Shown piece by piece: positions 44,574-53,268 of a stretch of 64,000 nucleotides of DNA; position 1 is the stretch's first letter; each line of letters opens with the position of its first letter. Location of the stretch: NCBI GenBank assembly GCA_964602915.1, contig CAZRTB010000001.1, positions 598,417-662,416 of the forward strand. Direction: 5' to 3'. Origin of the DNA: an uncultured Gammaproteobacteria bacterium. GTDB lineage: Bacteria; Cyanobacteriota; Vampirovibrionia; 2-02-FULL-35-15. A program made the position numbers and the translations under genes. Under the pieces are notes generated by a model, which saw only the letters and a program-made list of their open reading frames with translations, did no database searches and was not told the DNA's origin.

Positions 44574-45818
44574 GTGACGAAGCAATCTCACACTTCTCTA
44601 TCTAATAGTAATAGTGCTCTAACTCTACTTCATGAAGACAAATTTTTTTTAGAACAATTAGAAAATTCAGAAATATCTTTTTGGATAGATAGCTCTGGTG
44701 GACCAGAAGAATACTCTAAAAATTCATTTTTTGGATCAGAGCCTAAATATTATTTTTATGGATCTTTGAATGAAGTAAATTTTGTAGACTGCGAATCAGG
44801 GGCAATTACATTTGACCTAATGAATTGTTTTGATTTTCTTGAGGAAAAAATTAAAGAAGAAAAAAATAATAAGGATGGAATCTTTATAGGATATTTTGCT
44901 TATGATTTAAAAGATTTCTTTTTTGCGTATTTTGAAAATGTTTCACGTCATTGCGAGGAGCATTTGCGACCAGGCAATCTAGATAATGATAGAAAGATTG
45001 CTACATTGGCTCTGCGATCTAATATGACAGATTTAGAGTATTTAGATAAAGTTAAAAAAATTAAAGAAGAAATAAAAAAAGGAAATGTTTATCAAGCTAA
45101 TCTAACAAGAGAATATACTGCGGAATTAAATGAATTGGATGAGTTGGAATTGTATTTAAAACTACGTGAAGTTTCCCCAAATCCCTATGGATGTTATTTT
45201 AAAACACCATTTCTTTCAATACTTAGTAGTTCACCGGAGGAATTTATTTATATCAAGAATGATATTATTCGAACTCGTCCCATAAAAGGGACTTTATCAG
45301 AAGGAGAAGTGAATATTGATCCTAAAAACCAAGCAGAAAATATAATGATAGTAGATCTGGAAAGAAATGATTTAGGAAGAGTTTGTGAATATGGCTCTGT
45401 AAAAGTAAATAAAATCCTTCAAGTAGAAGAATATAAAAATTTAAATCATGTGGTTTCGACTATAGAAGGGAAATTAAAAAAAGGTATAACTTTAAATCAA
45501 ATCTTTTCTGCTATGTTTCCTGGCGGATCTATAACTGGAGCACCTAAAATTTCTGCTATGAACATTATTGATGAAATGGAACCTACTAATAGAGGAGCTT
45601 ATACAGGTTCTTTTGGTTATATAAAAACTACTGGAGAAATGAATTTTAATATTTTAATTAGAACAATATTTATTAAAGCTATAAATCAAGACTCATCATT
45701 GCGAAAACTTACCTTTAATGTAGGTGGCGGAATAGTAGCAGATTCTGACCCTCATGCAGAGCTGGAAGAAATAAAATTAAAGGCAAAAGGTATAATGTCT
45801 TCATTGGGTATAAATTGA
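44574..45818 (+). CDS. pabB: aminodeoxychorismate synthase component I (chorismate-binding)
   Basis: The chorismate-binding C-terminal region has PGGSITGAPKISAM...GAYTGSFGY...NVGGGIVADSDP. Confidence 0.8.
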   Translation: MTKQSHTSLSNSNSALTLLHEDKFFLEQLENSEISFWIDSSGGPEEYSKNSFFGSEPKYYFYGSLNEVNFVDCESGAITFDLMNCFDFLEEKIKEEKNNKDGIFIGYFAYDLKDFFFAYFENVSRHCEEHLRPGNLDNDRKIATLALRSNMTDLEYLDKVKKIKEEIKKGNVYQANLTREYTAELNELDELELYLKLREVSPNPYGCYFKTPFLSILSSSPEEFIYIKNDIIRTRPIKGTLSEGEVNIDPKNQAENIMIVDLERNDLGRVCEYGSVKVNKILQVEEYKNLNHVVSTIEGKLKKGITLNQIFSAMFPGGSITGAPKISAMNIIDEMEPTNRGAYTGSFGYIKTTGEMNFNILIRTIFIKAINQDSSLRKLTFNVGGGIVADSDPHAELEEIKLKAKGIMSSLGIN

Positions 45819-46621
45819 TGTTAGTTTTTTTTAATGGAGAAATAATAAATGATCTTTCTTATCAGTTTGGCTATGGACTTTTTGAAACTATAAGGTGTGA
45901 AGAGGGAGTGCCACTTTTTTTTGAAGATCACTATAAAAGACTTACAAAATCAGCTAGTGAATTAAAAATGCCTTTTCCTGTAGAAAAAGCCGAGGTGAAA
46001 GAGTGGATTATTAAAACCTTAAAAGTAAATAATTTGGAAAAGGGCAGAATTAAAATAATACTTTCTAAAAGAATAGAAAATGAAGATGAGAAATTTAATG
46101 TTTTAATCCAGTCTAATCCTTTAGATATCCTCTCTGAAAGTTATACACTTATTTCTAAAAATGTTAAAGAAATTTTTTATCCTCATAAGATTACAAGTAG
46201 GATGGAATATCATGTAGGCTTTAAATCAGCTTTGGAAGCAGGGTTTAATGACACTCTTTATATAAATGAAAAAAATGAAATTACAGAATGTTCTAGATCA
46301 AATATTTTTTTAGTACAAGAAGACAGGATTATTACGCCATCTCTTGATTCTGGAATATTGCCTGGTATAACTAGAGCAAAAATAATAGAAGTTTTGAAAA
46401 GTACTAATATGCCTATTGAGGAAAAGAAGGTCCAAACCTCTTTTTTAAATAAAGTAAAAGAAGTTTTTGTCACTAATGCAATCATTGGTGTTATGCCAGT
46501 TTCAATGATAAAAACTAATGATAAAGAATATAAATTTAATAATATTAAAGTAAAAGAGATTTCTGCCAACTATTCAAACCTTATAAAAAGATACTTAGGT
46601 AATGTTATTACAAGGACTTAA
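45815..46621 (+). CDS. pabC: aminodeoxychorismate lyase (class IV aminotransferase fold)
   Basis: 268 aa. GYGLFETIR, the PLP Lys region and E.SRSNIF...ILPGITR follow the fold-type IV pattern. It overlaps pabB by 4 nt. Confidence 0.7.
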   Translation: MMLVFFNGEIINDLSYQFGYGLFETIRCEEGVPLFFEDHYKRLTKSASELKMPFPVEKAEVKEWIIKTLKVNNLEKGRIKIILSKRIENEDEKFNVLIQSNPLDILSESYTLISKNVKEIFYPHKITSRMEYHVGFKSALEAGFNDTLYINEKNEITECSRSNIFLVQEDRIITPSLDSGILPGITRAKIIEVLKSTNMPIEEKKVQTSFLNKVKEVFVTNAIIGVMPVSMIKTNDKEYKFNNIKVKEISANYSNLIKRYLGNVITRT

Positions 46622-46713
46622 ACTATTTATTAAAAATATTTAATTTAAAACTTAATCTTATTTTTAGATTTTCTCTTATATAAATTTCACTTACAATGTA
46701 AAATGATCTTCCT

Positions 46714-47280
46714 ATGGATATTGATAGATATAAAAGAACTAATTACTATTTTCTTGCTAATTGTGAGTCTGCAGTAAGAACGTTACAATCATCTCCCAAA
46801 TTAAGAACAAATAAATTAACCCCGACTATACATGATTTAAATCCGACGGAATTAAAGGTTGTACTCCCAGACTTGCTTTCTGCAATATTAAGACTAGGTG
46901 TTGCCGATAATAATCTTTTAACATTCTTAACTAAACAAGAACTAAATACAGCAAGAAAAAGCCTGCTTCCTCTTGAGATGGGGGATATTAGAGCGGCGGC
47001 TATTTTTAAAAATATCTGGCAATCAGGAGAACCGTCTAAAGAAGTTAATGAGATATTTGGAATTGCAGATTGGAGATTACAGTCTTATTTACATGAGTGT
47101 GAAAGAGCATACATTGAAACAGATCCTACTATAGAAATAACATCAGAGTATTTATTAGAAGCTTATAATACAATTCGAGGAGAACAAAATTTTTTAAAAG
47201 ATCTTGGTGTAGGTGAAGGAAAGTTGCTAGAAGAAAAACCACCAGAAGAAAAACGTAAAAAAAGAACTAAAGCCAGCTAG
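46714..47280 (+). CDS. hypothetical protein (188 aa)
   Basis: ORF only. Confidence 0.35.
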   Translation: MDIDRYKRTNYYFLANCESAVRTLQSSPKLRTNKLTPTIHDLNPTELKVVLPDLLSAILRLGVADNNLLTFLTKQELNTARKSLLPLEMGDIRAAAIFKNIWQSGEPSKEVNEIFGIADWRLQSYLHECERAYIETDPTIEITSEYLLEAYNTIRGEQNFLKDLGVGEGKLLEEKPPEEKRKKRTKAS

Positions 47281-47360
47281 TATTTCTAAAAAAAATCTTA
47301 TAGTATTTAAGAAATAGTGTATTTCATAGTTAAAATATTCTCTTAATAAGAGGAATTTAT

Positions 47361-47882
47361 ATGACATTTAGAATATCAGAAGCTTCTTTAAAAGCTCAAA
47401 TAAGACAAATCTCACCACCATCGATACCAGGGAAAAACCTGAATGCAGTAGAACAAGTTTTACTCAGGATGAAGCAGGAAGCTTTTATCAATCAATCAAT
47501 GGTTGTTAAATTAAGGCATTTAGTGATTTCACTTTTCTCTATGGCAAATGGACCAGCAAAATTTAATGCAGATGAAATCCTTAGAACTGGTGGAATCTTA
47601 AATCATGATTTGAGGGATTTTTTAGATTTAGAAAGACCTTATAATCCTGAACTTTTAATAGATGAAAATTATACTGCTAGTCCACTTGTGCAAGAAATCT
47701 TAGAAGGTGCAAAAATACTGTCTAAAGCTGAAAGACCTGAAACTCAAGAAGGGCAAATAGCAAGTACTCAGTTTATTTTGCAGGCACTTATCAACCATTT
47801 CTCTAAGGGAAGAAGTAAAGAATATGGTGAATATCAGATCATTGAAGCAATTACGACAAAAAAATTAGCTTCAATGGATTAG
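47361..47882 (+). CDS. hypothetical protein (173 aa)
   Basis: ORF only. GAGGA lies 6 nt upstream of the ATG. Confidence 0.4.
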   Translation: MTFRISEASLKAQIRQISPPSIPGKNLNAVEQVLLRMKQEAFINQSMVVKLRHLVISLFSMANGPAKFNADEILRTGGILNHDLRDFLDLERPYNPELLIDENYTASPLVQEILEGAKILSKAERPETQEGQIASTQFILQALINHFSKGRSKEYGEYQIIEAITTKKLASMD

Positions 47883-47883
47883 T

Positions 47884-49464
47884 TTAAACACCCTTTTTAG
47901 CTCTAAAATCGTCTTGTTGAGCTAGGATTTTTGCGCCAGCATTTTCAGCACTTAAAAACTTATTTAATGCATTTAAATAAGCCTTTGCTGAAGCCAGCAT
48001 GATGTCAGTGTTTGCTGCATGTCCGCTATAAACTGCTCCACCTTCACTTCTGATTCTAATGGTTACCTCGCCTAAAGCATCAATCCCTTCAGTAACTGAC
48101 TGAACAGAGAACTCTATAAGTTCATTTGGTACTTGAACAATTTTATTTATAGCTTTATAAATGGCATCAACAGGACCAGTACCTAGTGCAGAATCTTTTA
48201 AAAACATGTTGTCATTTGTTCTTCTAAGGCAAGCTGAAGCTGTAGGGAGTCCAGTCCCACAGGCTATCTGTAGATTTTCAAGCTCATAAAAAGAAGTGGT
48301 TTCACTGGATCTTTGTTCGTCACGAACTATCGATTCTAAATCTCTATCTTCAACACGCTTTTTCTTATCAGCAATCTCTTTAAATCTTTCAAAAGCTTTC
48401 TCTAAATCTTCCTCTGATAAATGATAACCAAGCTCAACCAGTCTGTCTTTTAAAGCATGCCTTCCTGAACGTGGTCCCAAAGGCAGTTTAGATGTAAGTA
48501 ATCCTACATCTTCAGGATTCATAATTTCATAAGTCTTTTTATATTTTAAAAAACCATCCTGATGAATGCCAGATTCATGTGCAAAAGCATTTGCTCCAAC
48601 AATAGCTTTGTTTGGCTGAACGAGCATATTTGTAAGAGTACTTACCAAACGACTTGTTCTATAAATTTGAGTAGAATCTATACTTGTAAAAAGATTTAAA
48701 TGTGGTCTTGTTTTTAAGATCATTACGATCTCTTCAAGTGAACAATTTCCTGCTCTTTCCCCAATCCCATTAATGGTGCATTCTATTTGACGAGCACCGT
48801 TAACTACAGCGCTAAGTGAGTTTGCTACTGCAAGCCCAAGATCATTGTGACAATGTACAGAAATAATAGCTTTGTCAATGCTTTTAACATTTTCTTTAAT
48901 TCCTTTTATTAATGCTCCAAACTCTGTAGGAACTGTGTATCCCACAGTATCAGGAATATTTAAAGTAGTGGCTCCAGCCTGAATAACAGCTTCTAAAATC
49001 TCATACAGAAAGTTTGGGTCTGATCTTCCTGCATCTTCAGGAGAAAATTCTACATCATTTGTAAATGTTTTAGCAAAACTTACCATCTCAACAGCAGTTT
49101 TAACTACTTTATCTCTGGACATTTTTAATTTATGTTCCATGTGAATATCACTGGTAGCTATAAACGTATGAATTCTCTTTTTCTTTGCACCTTCAAGTGC
49201 CTGTGCAGATTTTTCAATATCTTCTTTTCTTGCTCTGGCAAGTCCGCAGATAGTAGGTCCTTGAACTTCTTTTGCTATAAGTCTTACTGCTTCAAAGTCC
49301 CCAGGACTTGAAAATGGAAATCCAGCTTCTATAATATCTACACCTAGTTTAGCTAGCTGATGAGCAATTTCTAGCTTTTCAGAGATGTTTAGTGTTGCTC
49401 CAGGAGATTGTTCTCCATCTCTTAAGGTGGTGTCAAATATATATACTCTGTCTTTGTTTTCCAT
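47884..49464 (-). CDS. leuA: 2-isopropylmalate synthase (LeuA/CimA family, with C-terminal regulatory domain)
   Basis: [18 protein letters not shown] and the HCHNDLG metal site. The approximately 525 aa length includes the LeuA-dimer regulatory domain. The Met at 49464 is preceded by AGAGGA-6 nt; the track start at 49500 lies inside the leader structure. Confidence 0.85.
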   Translation of the reverse strand: MENKDRVYIFDTTLRDGEQSPGATLNISEKLEIAHQLAKLGVDIIEAGFPFSSPGDFEAVRLIAKEVQGPTICGLARARKEDIEKSAQALEGAKKKRIHTFIATSDIHMEHKLKMSRDKVVKTAVEMVSFAKTFTNDVEFSPEDAGRSDPNFLYEILEAVIQAGATTLNIPDTVGYTVPTEFGALIKGIKENVKSIDKAIISVHCHNDLGLAVANSLSAVVNGARQIECTINGIGERAGNCSLEEIVMILKTRPHLNLFTSIDSTQIYRTSRLVSTLTNMLVQPNKAIVGANAFAHESGIHQDGFLKYKKTYEIMNPEDVGLLTSKLPLGPRSGRHALKDRLVELGYHLSEEDLEKAFERFKEIADKKKRVEDRDLESIVRDEQRSSETTSFYELENLQIACGTGLPTASACLRRTNDNMFLKDSALGTGPVDAIYKAINKIVQVPNELIEFSVQSVTEGIDALGEVTIRIRSEGGAVYSGHAANTDIMLASAKAYLNALNKFLSAENAGAKILAQQDDFRAKKGV

Positions 49465-49587
49465 TGTTTTTCCTCTAAATAAAAAACTCCTTAAAACCAT
49501 TAAGCTTTAACCATGCAAGATAAATTCTTACATGATTTTAGCGAAGGTTAAGGAGTAATAGTTTTTTCATAAACGTATACTCATTAT
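49465..49587 (-). promoter_or_regulatory. putative leuA leader: TATAAT, 10-codon Leu-rich leader peptide, RNA hairpins
   Basis: Leader peptide ORF 49538..49570 encodes MKKLLLLNLR. TATAAT lies 12 nt upstream. A 9-bp hairpin is at 49512-49534. The leader Leu codons (ACUCCUUAA) are complementary to UUAAGGAGU, which sits immediately 5' of a UUUUUUAUUU run. Confidence 0.45.
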
Positions 49588-49672
49588 ACTATGTTCTTCT
49601 TGTAAAGATCAAGAAATGAGGGTACAATATAAATGGTATATTTACTGCAAAAGTGTACGGTAATCTTGCAAG

Positions 49673-50830
49673 ATGTTAAATAGATATATAAACTTACCAA
49701 AGAAAGAAAGTTTTTTCCTCTTTGGCCCAAGACAAGTAGGAAAAAGCACTTTAGTAAAAGAACGATATAAGCAAAATGTATGGGAAGTAAATTTGCTTAT
49801 AAATGAAATATTTTTGTCATATTCAAAAAATCCCTCGTTATTTAGAGAAGAAGCTGTATATAAAATAAAAAATGAAAAAATAAAAACAATATTTATAGAT
49901 GAAGTACAAAGATTGCCTGAATTGTTAAATGAAATTCAATATTTAATTCAAGGATATAAAGTTCAAATTATTCTTACAGGATCAAGTGCAAGAAAATTGA
50001 AAAGGGGAGGCGTTAATCTTCTTGGGGGTAGAGCAGTAGAAAGATATCTTTTTCCGTTCACATTTAATGAATTAGGAGACAACTTTTTATTAGATGAAGT
50101 TCTTTTATATGGGTCATTGCCTCCAACTTTAATAAAATCAAAAAAAGACAAAATAGATTTATTAAGTACATATGTGAACGTTTATTTAAAGGAAGAAATC
50201 CAAAATGAAGGAATAGTAAGAAACATAGGGGGATTCTCTAGGTTTCTAGATGTGGCTACTAGCCAATTTGGGGAATTAACCAGCTTCTCTGAAATTAGTA
50301 GAGAATGTCAAGTACCAGTAAGAACAGTTCAATCATACTATGAAATTTTAGAAGATACATTGATAGGTTTTAGATTATATCCCTGGAGAAAAAGTCTGAG
50401 AAAGAGGCTAAGTGCACACCCTAAGTTTTACTTCTTTGATAATGGAGTTGTTAATGCTGTTTGTAAAAGACTAACGGCAGTTCCGGATCAAAGCCTTAAG
50501 GGAAAATTGTTTGAGCATTGGGTAATTCAAGAAACATATAGAAACATAAAATATAAACAAAGTGAAGCTTCTATGTTTTATTGGAGAACAAATCATGGTG
50601 CTGAAGTGGACTTACTAATAGAAAAACATGGGAAACTAAAAGCGGTTTTTGAGATAAAATATAGTTCAAATATTTCTGGATCCCATCTGTCAGGGATTAG
50701 ATCTTTTAAAGAAGATTATCCAAATACTCCAGCTTACATAATCTCAAATGTGAGAAACCCAATAGAAATATCAGGAGTAAAAGTAATTAACTGGAAGAAC
50801 TATTTAAATATTTTAGATGAAATAATTTAG
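49673..50830 (+). CDS. AAA+ ATPase, AAA_14/DUF4143 family
   Basis: Walker A LFGPRQVGKSTL and Walker B IFIDEVQ. The C-terminal DUF4143-like half (..FSRFLDVA..., YFFDNG) is present. Confidence 0.75.
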   Translation: MLNRYINLPKKESFFLFGPRQVGKSTLVKERYKQNVWEVNLLINEIFLSYSKNPSLFREEAVYKIKNEKIKTIFIDEVQRLPELLNEIQYLIQGYKVQIILTGSSARKLKRGGVNLLGGRAVERYLFPFTFNELGDNFLLDEVLLYGSLPPTLIKSKKDKIDLLSTYVNVYLKEEIQNEGIVRNIGGFSRFLDVATSQFGELTSFSEISRECQVPVRTVQSYYEILEDTLIGFRLYPWRKSLRKRLSAHPKFYFFDNGVVNAVCKRLTAVPDQSLKGKLFEHWVIQETYRNIKYKQSEASMFYWRTNHGAEVDLLIEKHGKLKAVFEIKYSSNISGSHLSGIRSFKEDYPNTPAYIISNVRNPIEISGVKVINWKNYLNILDEII

Positions 50831-52428
50831 CTCTTTAAAGTCTTTAATTGTTTATCAAAGAGATCCTTTAATTCTTTTGCTTTTTTATCGTAAGCGTCCT
50901 TATCTTTCCAGGTATTTCTAGGAGTGAGAATTTCACTTGGGACATCAGGACATGAAATAGGAATTGAAAGCCCGAATATAGGTTCAGTTTTTGTTTCAAT
51001 TTTCTTTAGCGTACCATCTAAAGCAGATTTAACAATTGCTCTGGTCACTCCTAAATTCATTCTATTCCCAACACCATAAGACCCACCACTCCAGCCGGTA
51101 TTCACAAGCCATACATCTACATTATGTTTTTTAATTTTTTCGCCAAGCAATTTTGCATATGTGCTTACAGGAAGAGGCATAAATGGAGCCCCAAAACAAG
51201 AACTAAAAGTAGCAGAAGGTTCTTTTACTCCTGCTTCAGTTCCTGCTACTTTAGCAGTATATCCGCAGATAAAGTGTTCCATTGCTTGTTCATAGCTTAG
51301 TTTAGAAACAGGAGGCAAAACTCCAAAAGCATCACATGTAAGCATGATTATATTTTTTGGATGTCCACCTTTTCCTTTTACCGTCATATTTGGAATGTGA
51401 GAAACGGGATAAGATGCTCTTGTGTTTTCAGTAATTGAACCATCATCAAAATTTACTTCTCTGCTCACAGGATCTATAACTACATTTTCAAGAAGTGCAC
51501 CAAATTTATTAGATGCTATGTAAATCTCAGGTTCTGTTTCAAGTTTTAGTTTAATAGCTTTAGCATAACAACCGCCTTCAAAATTAAATACACCATTATC
51601 TCCCCAGCCGTGTTCATCATCGCCTATTAATGTTCTTTCTATATCAGCAGATAAAGTGGTCTTTCCTGTGCCGGATAAGCCAAAGAAAATAGCGACATCA
51701 TTTATATCTTTTCCATAGTTTGCAGATGCATGCATAGTCATTATTCCTTTTGAAGGTAATAAAAAGTTCATTATGCTGAACATTGATTTTTTCATTTCAC
51801 CTGAATAATGAGTCCCACCTACTAAAACAACTTTTTCTTTTAAGCTGACAATAATAAATTCTGAAGAGTTTGTTCCATCTTTTTCTGGAATTGCTTTGAA
51901 GTTTGGAGCATGAATTAATTTAAAATCTGGAGAAAAAGATTTTTGCTTTTCAGGGTTTAATTCGGGAATAAACATTGTGTGAGCAAAAAGAGCCCCGACT
52001 GCTTTTTCTGAATACGTCCGCACAGAGATACGATTATTTTCATCAGCTCCTACATAACAATCTTTAATAAATAAATCTTTTCCATTTAAGTATTCAAGAA
52101 CTTTATTTTTCAAAGCTGAAAATTTACTTTCATCAAAAGATTTATTTATGCTTCCCCATGAAACAGTATCTTTTGAAACAGAATCACTAACTATAAATCT
52201 ATCGTTTGGTAGTCTTCCTGTATGAGGCGCAGTGTTTATAACTATAGAGCCATAAATACTTAAAACACCTTCTTTTCTTTTAATAGCTTCTTCGTATAAA
52301 TTAGGGGTCGATAAATTGTAAAAAATATTTCCAGGATTCTTGATATCAATGTCTAAACTCAAATTTTTCTCCAATAATTTCTGATTCATCTGTATCTCCT
52401 TTGACACATAAAATTTTAAAAAAGACAA
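50827..52428 (-). CDS. pckA: phosphoenolpyruvate carboxykinase (ATP)
   Basis: The kinase-1a loop FFGLSGTGKTTLS and the ATP-PEPCK-specific region GDDEHGW...GVFNFEGGCYAK are present. The length is 533 aa. Confidence 0.9.
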   Translation of the reverse strand: MSFLKFYVSKEIQMNQKLLEKNLSLDIDIKNPGNIFYNLSTPNLYEEAIKRKEGVLSIYGSIVINTAPHTGRLPNDRFIVSDSVSKDTVSWGSINKSFDESKFSALKNKVLEYLNGKDLFIKDCYVGADENNRISVRTYSEKAVGALFAHTMFIPELNPEKQKSFSPDFKLIHAPNFKAIPEKDGTNSSEFIIVSLKEKVVLVGGTHYSGEMKKSMFSIMNFLLPSKGIMTMHASANYGKDINDVAIFFGLSGTGKTTLSADIERTLIGDDEHGWGDNGVFNFEGGCYAKAIKLKLETEPEIYIASNKFGALLENVVIDPVSREVNFDDGSITENTRASYPVSHIPNMTVKGKGGHPKNIIMLTCDAFGVLPPVSKLSYEQAMEHFICGYTAKVAGTEAGVKEPSATFSSCFGAPFMPLPVSTYAKLLGEKIKKHNVDVWLVNTGWSGGSYGVGNRMNLGVTRAIVKSALDGTLKKIETKTEPIFGLSIPISCPDVPSEILTPRNTWKDKDAYDKKAKELKDLFDKQLKTLKS

Positions 52429-52504
52429 TTAAATAATACTATAAAAGATTAATGAAGTCCTGATTTTTAAATCAGAAATCCAAAACTAAAAAAAATATAA
52501 ACAT

Positions 52505-52912
52505 TTAACTGCTTGTTTGTGCTTTTATTTCTGCAATATTTGCTTCATATTTTTTAATTAGTACATCCAGGGCTTCTCTATCAGCTGGGGTTAAATTATC
52601 AAATTCATCAAGCATTTCTCTTGCAGTTGCTAAGGCTGTTTTAGATGTATATAAAATTTTTTCTGGAGTTTCTGCTTTAACAGATCTAGGTGCAGATACA
52701 CTTCTTCTAAGTCCCCGTCTTTCAATAAGTTCTCTACTACTTTTTATAGGAGCTCTTTCTGGTTCTTCATCCATCATATTTGTAGCAACTATTCCTCCAG
52801 AAGGAGGTTTTCTAATTCCAAAACCGTTAGAATTAGATCTTTGTGCATTGGTTAAAGTTTTTGGATGTTCAGCTTTTATAACAATGGCAGGTGGATTAAT
52901 AAATATAGGCAT
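52505..52912 (-). CDS. hypothetical protein (135 aa)
   Basis: GAGGT SD lies 5 nt upstream. It has an Arg-rich centre and a C-terminal helix-like region. It is the third gene of a minus-strand trio. Confidence 0.4.
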   Translation of the reverse strand: MPIFINPPAIVIKAEHPKTLTNAQRSNSNGFGIRKPPSGGIVATNMMDEEPERAPIKSSRELIERRGLRRSVSAPRSVKAETPEKILYTSKTALATAREMLDEFDNLTPADREALDVLIKKYEANIAEIKAQTSS

Positions 52913-53013
52913 ATATACCTCACTAATTTTTAAGTAAGATTCTATTCCTATTAATCTTTTTTGAAAATGTAATTTTAAGAGAAGTTAAATTTTTACTGAT
53001 TATCTGTATAAAA

Positions 53014-53268
53014 TTATTTTTCTGGACAGTCAGGGGGATTTCCAGGACAGTATCCAGGCTGAATAGGGTCTGGATCTGGAGTTTCAGTGGGAGAAGGAAC
53101 TGGGACTGGTTCTGGAATAGCAGGTTTTTCATCTGGAGTTTCAGGTTCAGGAGCTGGCTCATCTGGAATGGTTTCAGGTTCTACTTCTGGTTTTGTTCCA
53201 GGTTTTGGAGGGGCTTCTACTGGTGCTAAAGAAGGAACTGTAATCCCGATTTTTCTAATACTAAACAT
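53014..53268 (-). CDS. small Pro/Glu/Thr-rich protein (84 aa) with C-terminal CPGNPPDCPEK
   Basis: Its start overlaps the stop of the upstream 630-aa gene (TAATG) and GGAGA lies 7 nt upstream. The sequence is PEVEPETIPDEPAPEPETPDEKPAIPEPVPVPSPTETPDPDP. Confidence 0.5.
   Translation of the reverse strand: MFSIRKIGITVPSLAPVEAPPKPGTKPEVEPETIPDEPAPEPETPDEKPAIPEPVPVPSPTETPDPDPIQPGYCPGNPPDCPEK

Noticed and set aside
1736-46569. Other short track ORFs lying antisense to or inside long, well-supported genes
   Set aside because: These are 1736..1927, 2122..2304, 5393..5584, 7117..7314, 7487..7699, 7868..8398, 9317..9559, 10237..10434, 12245..12445, 17187..17402, 19175..19384, 20323..20700, 22484..22684, 23454..23660, 23589..24047, 25273..25476, 25813..25998, 26658..26870, 30631..30867, 33947..34153, 34102..34320, 34522..34722, 37470..37655, 39947..40141, 40818..41066 and 46258..46569. 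Their composition is low-complexity and typical of AT-rich non-coding frames, so they were treated as spurious.
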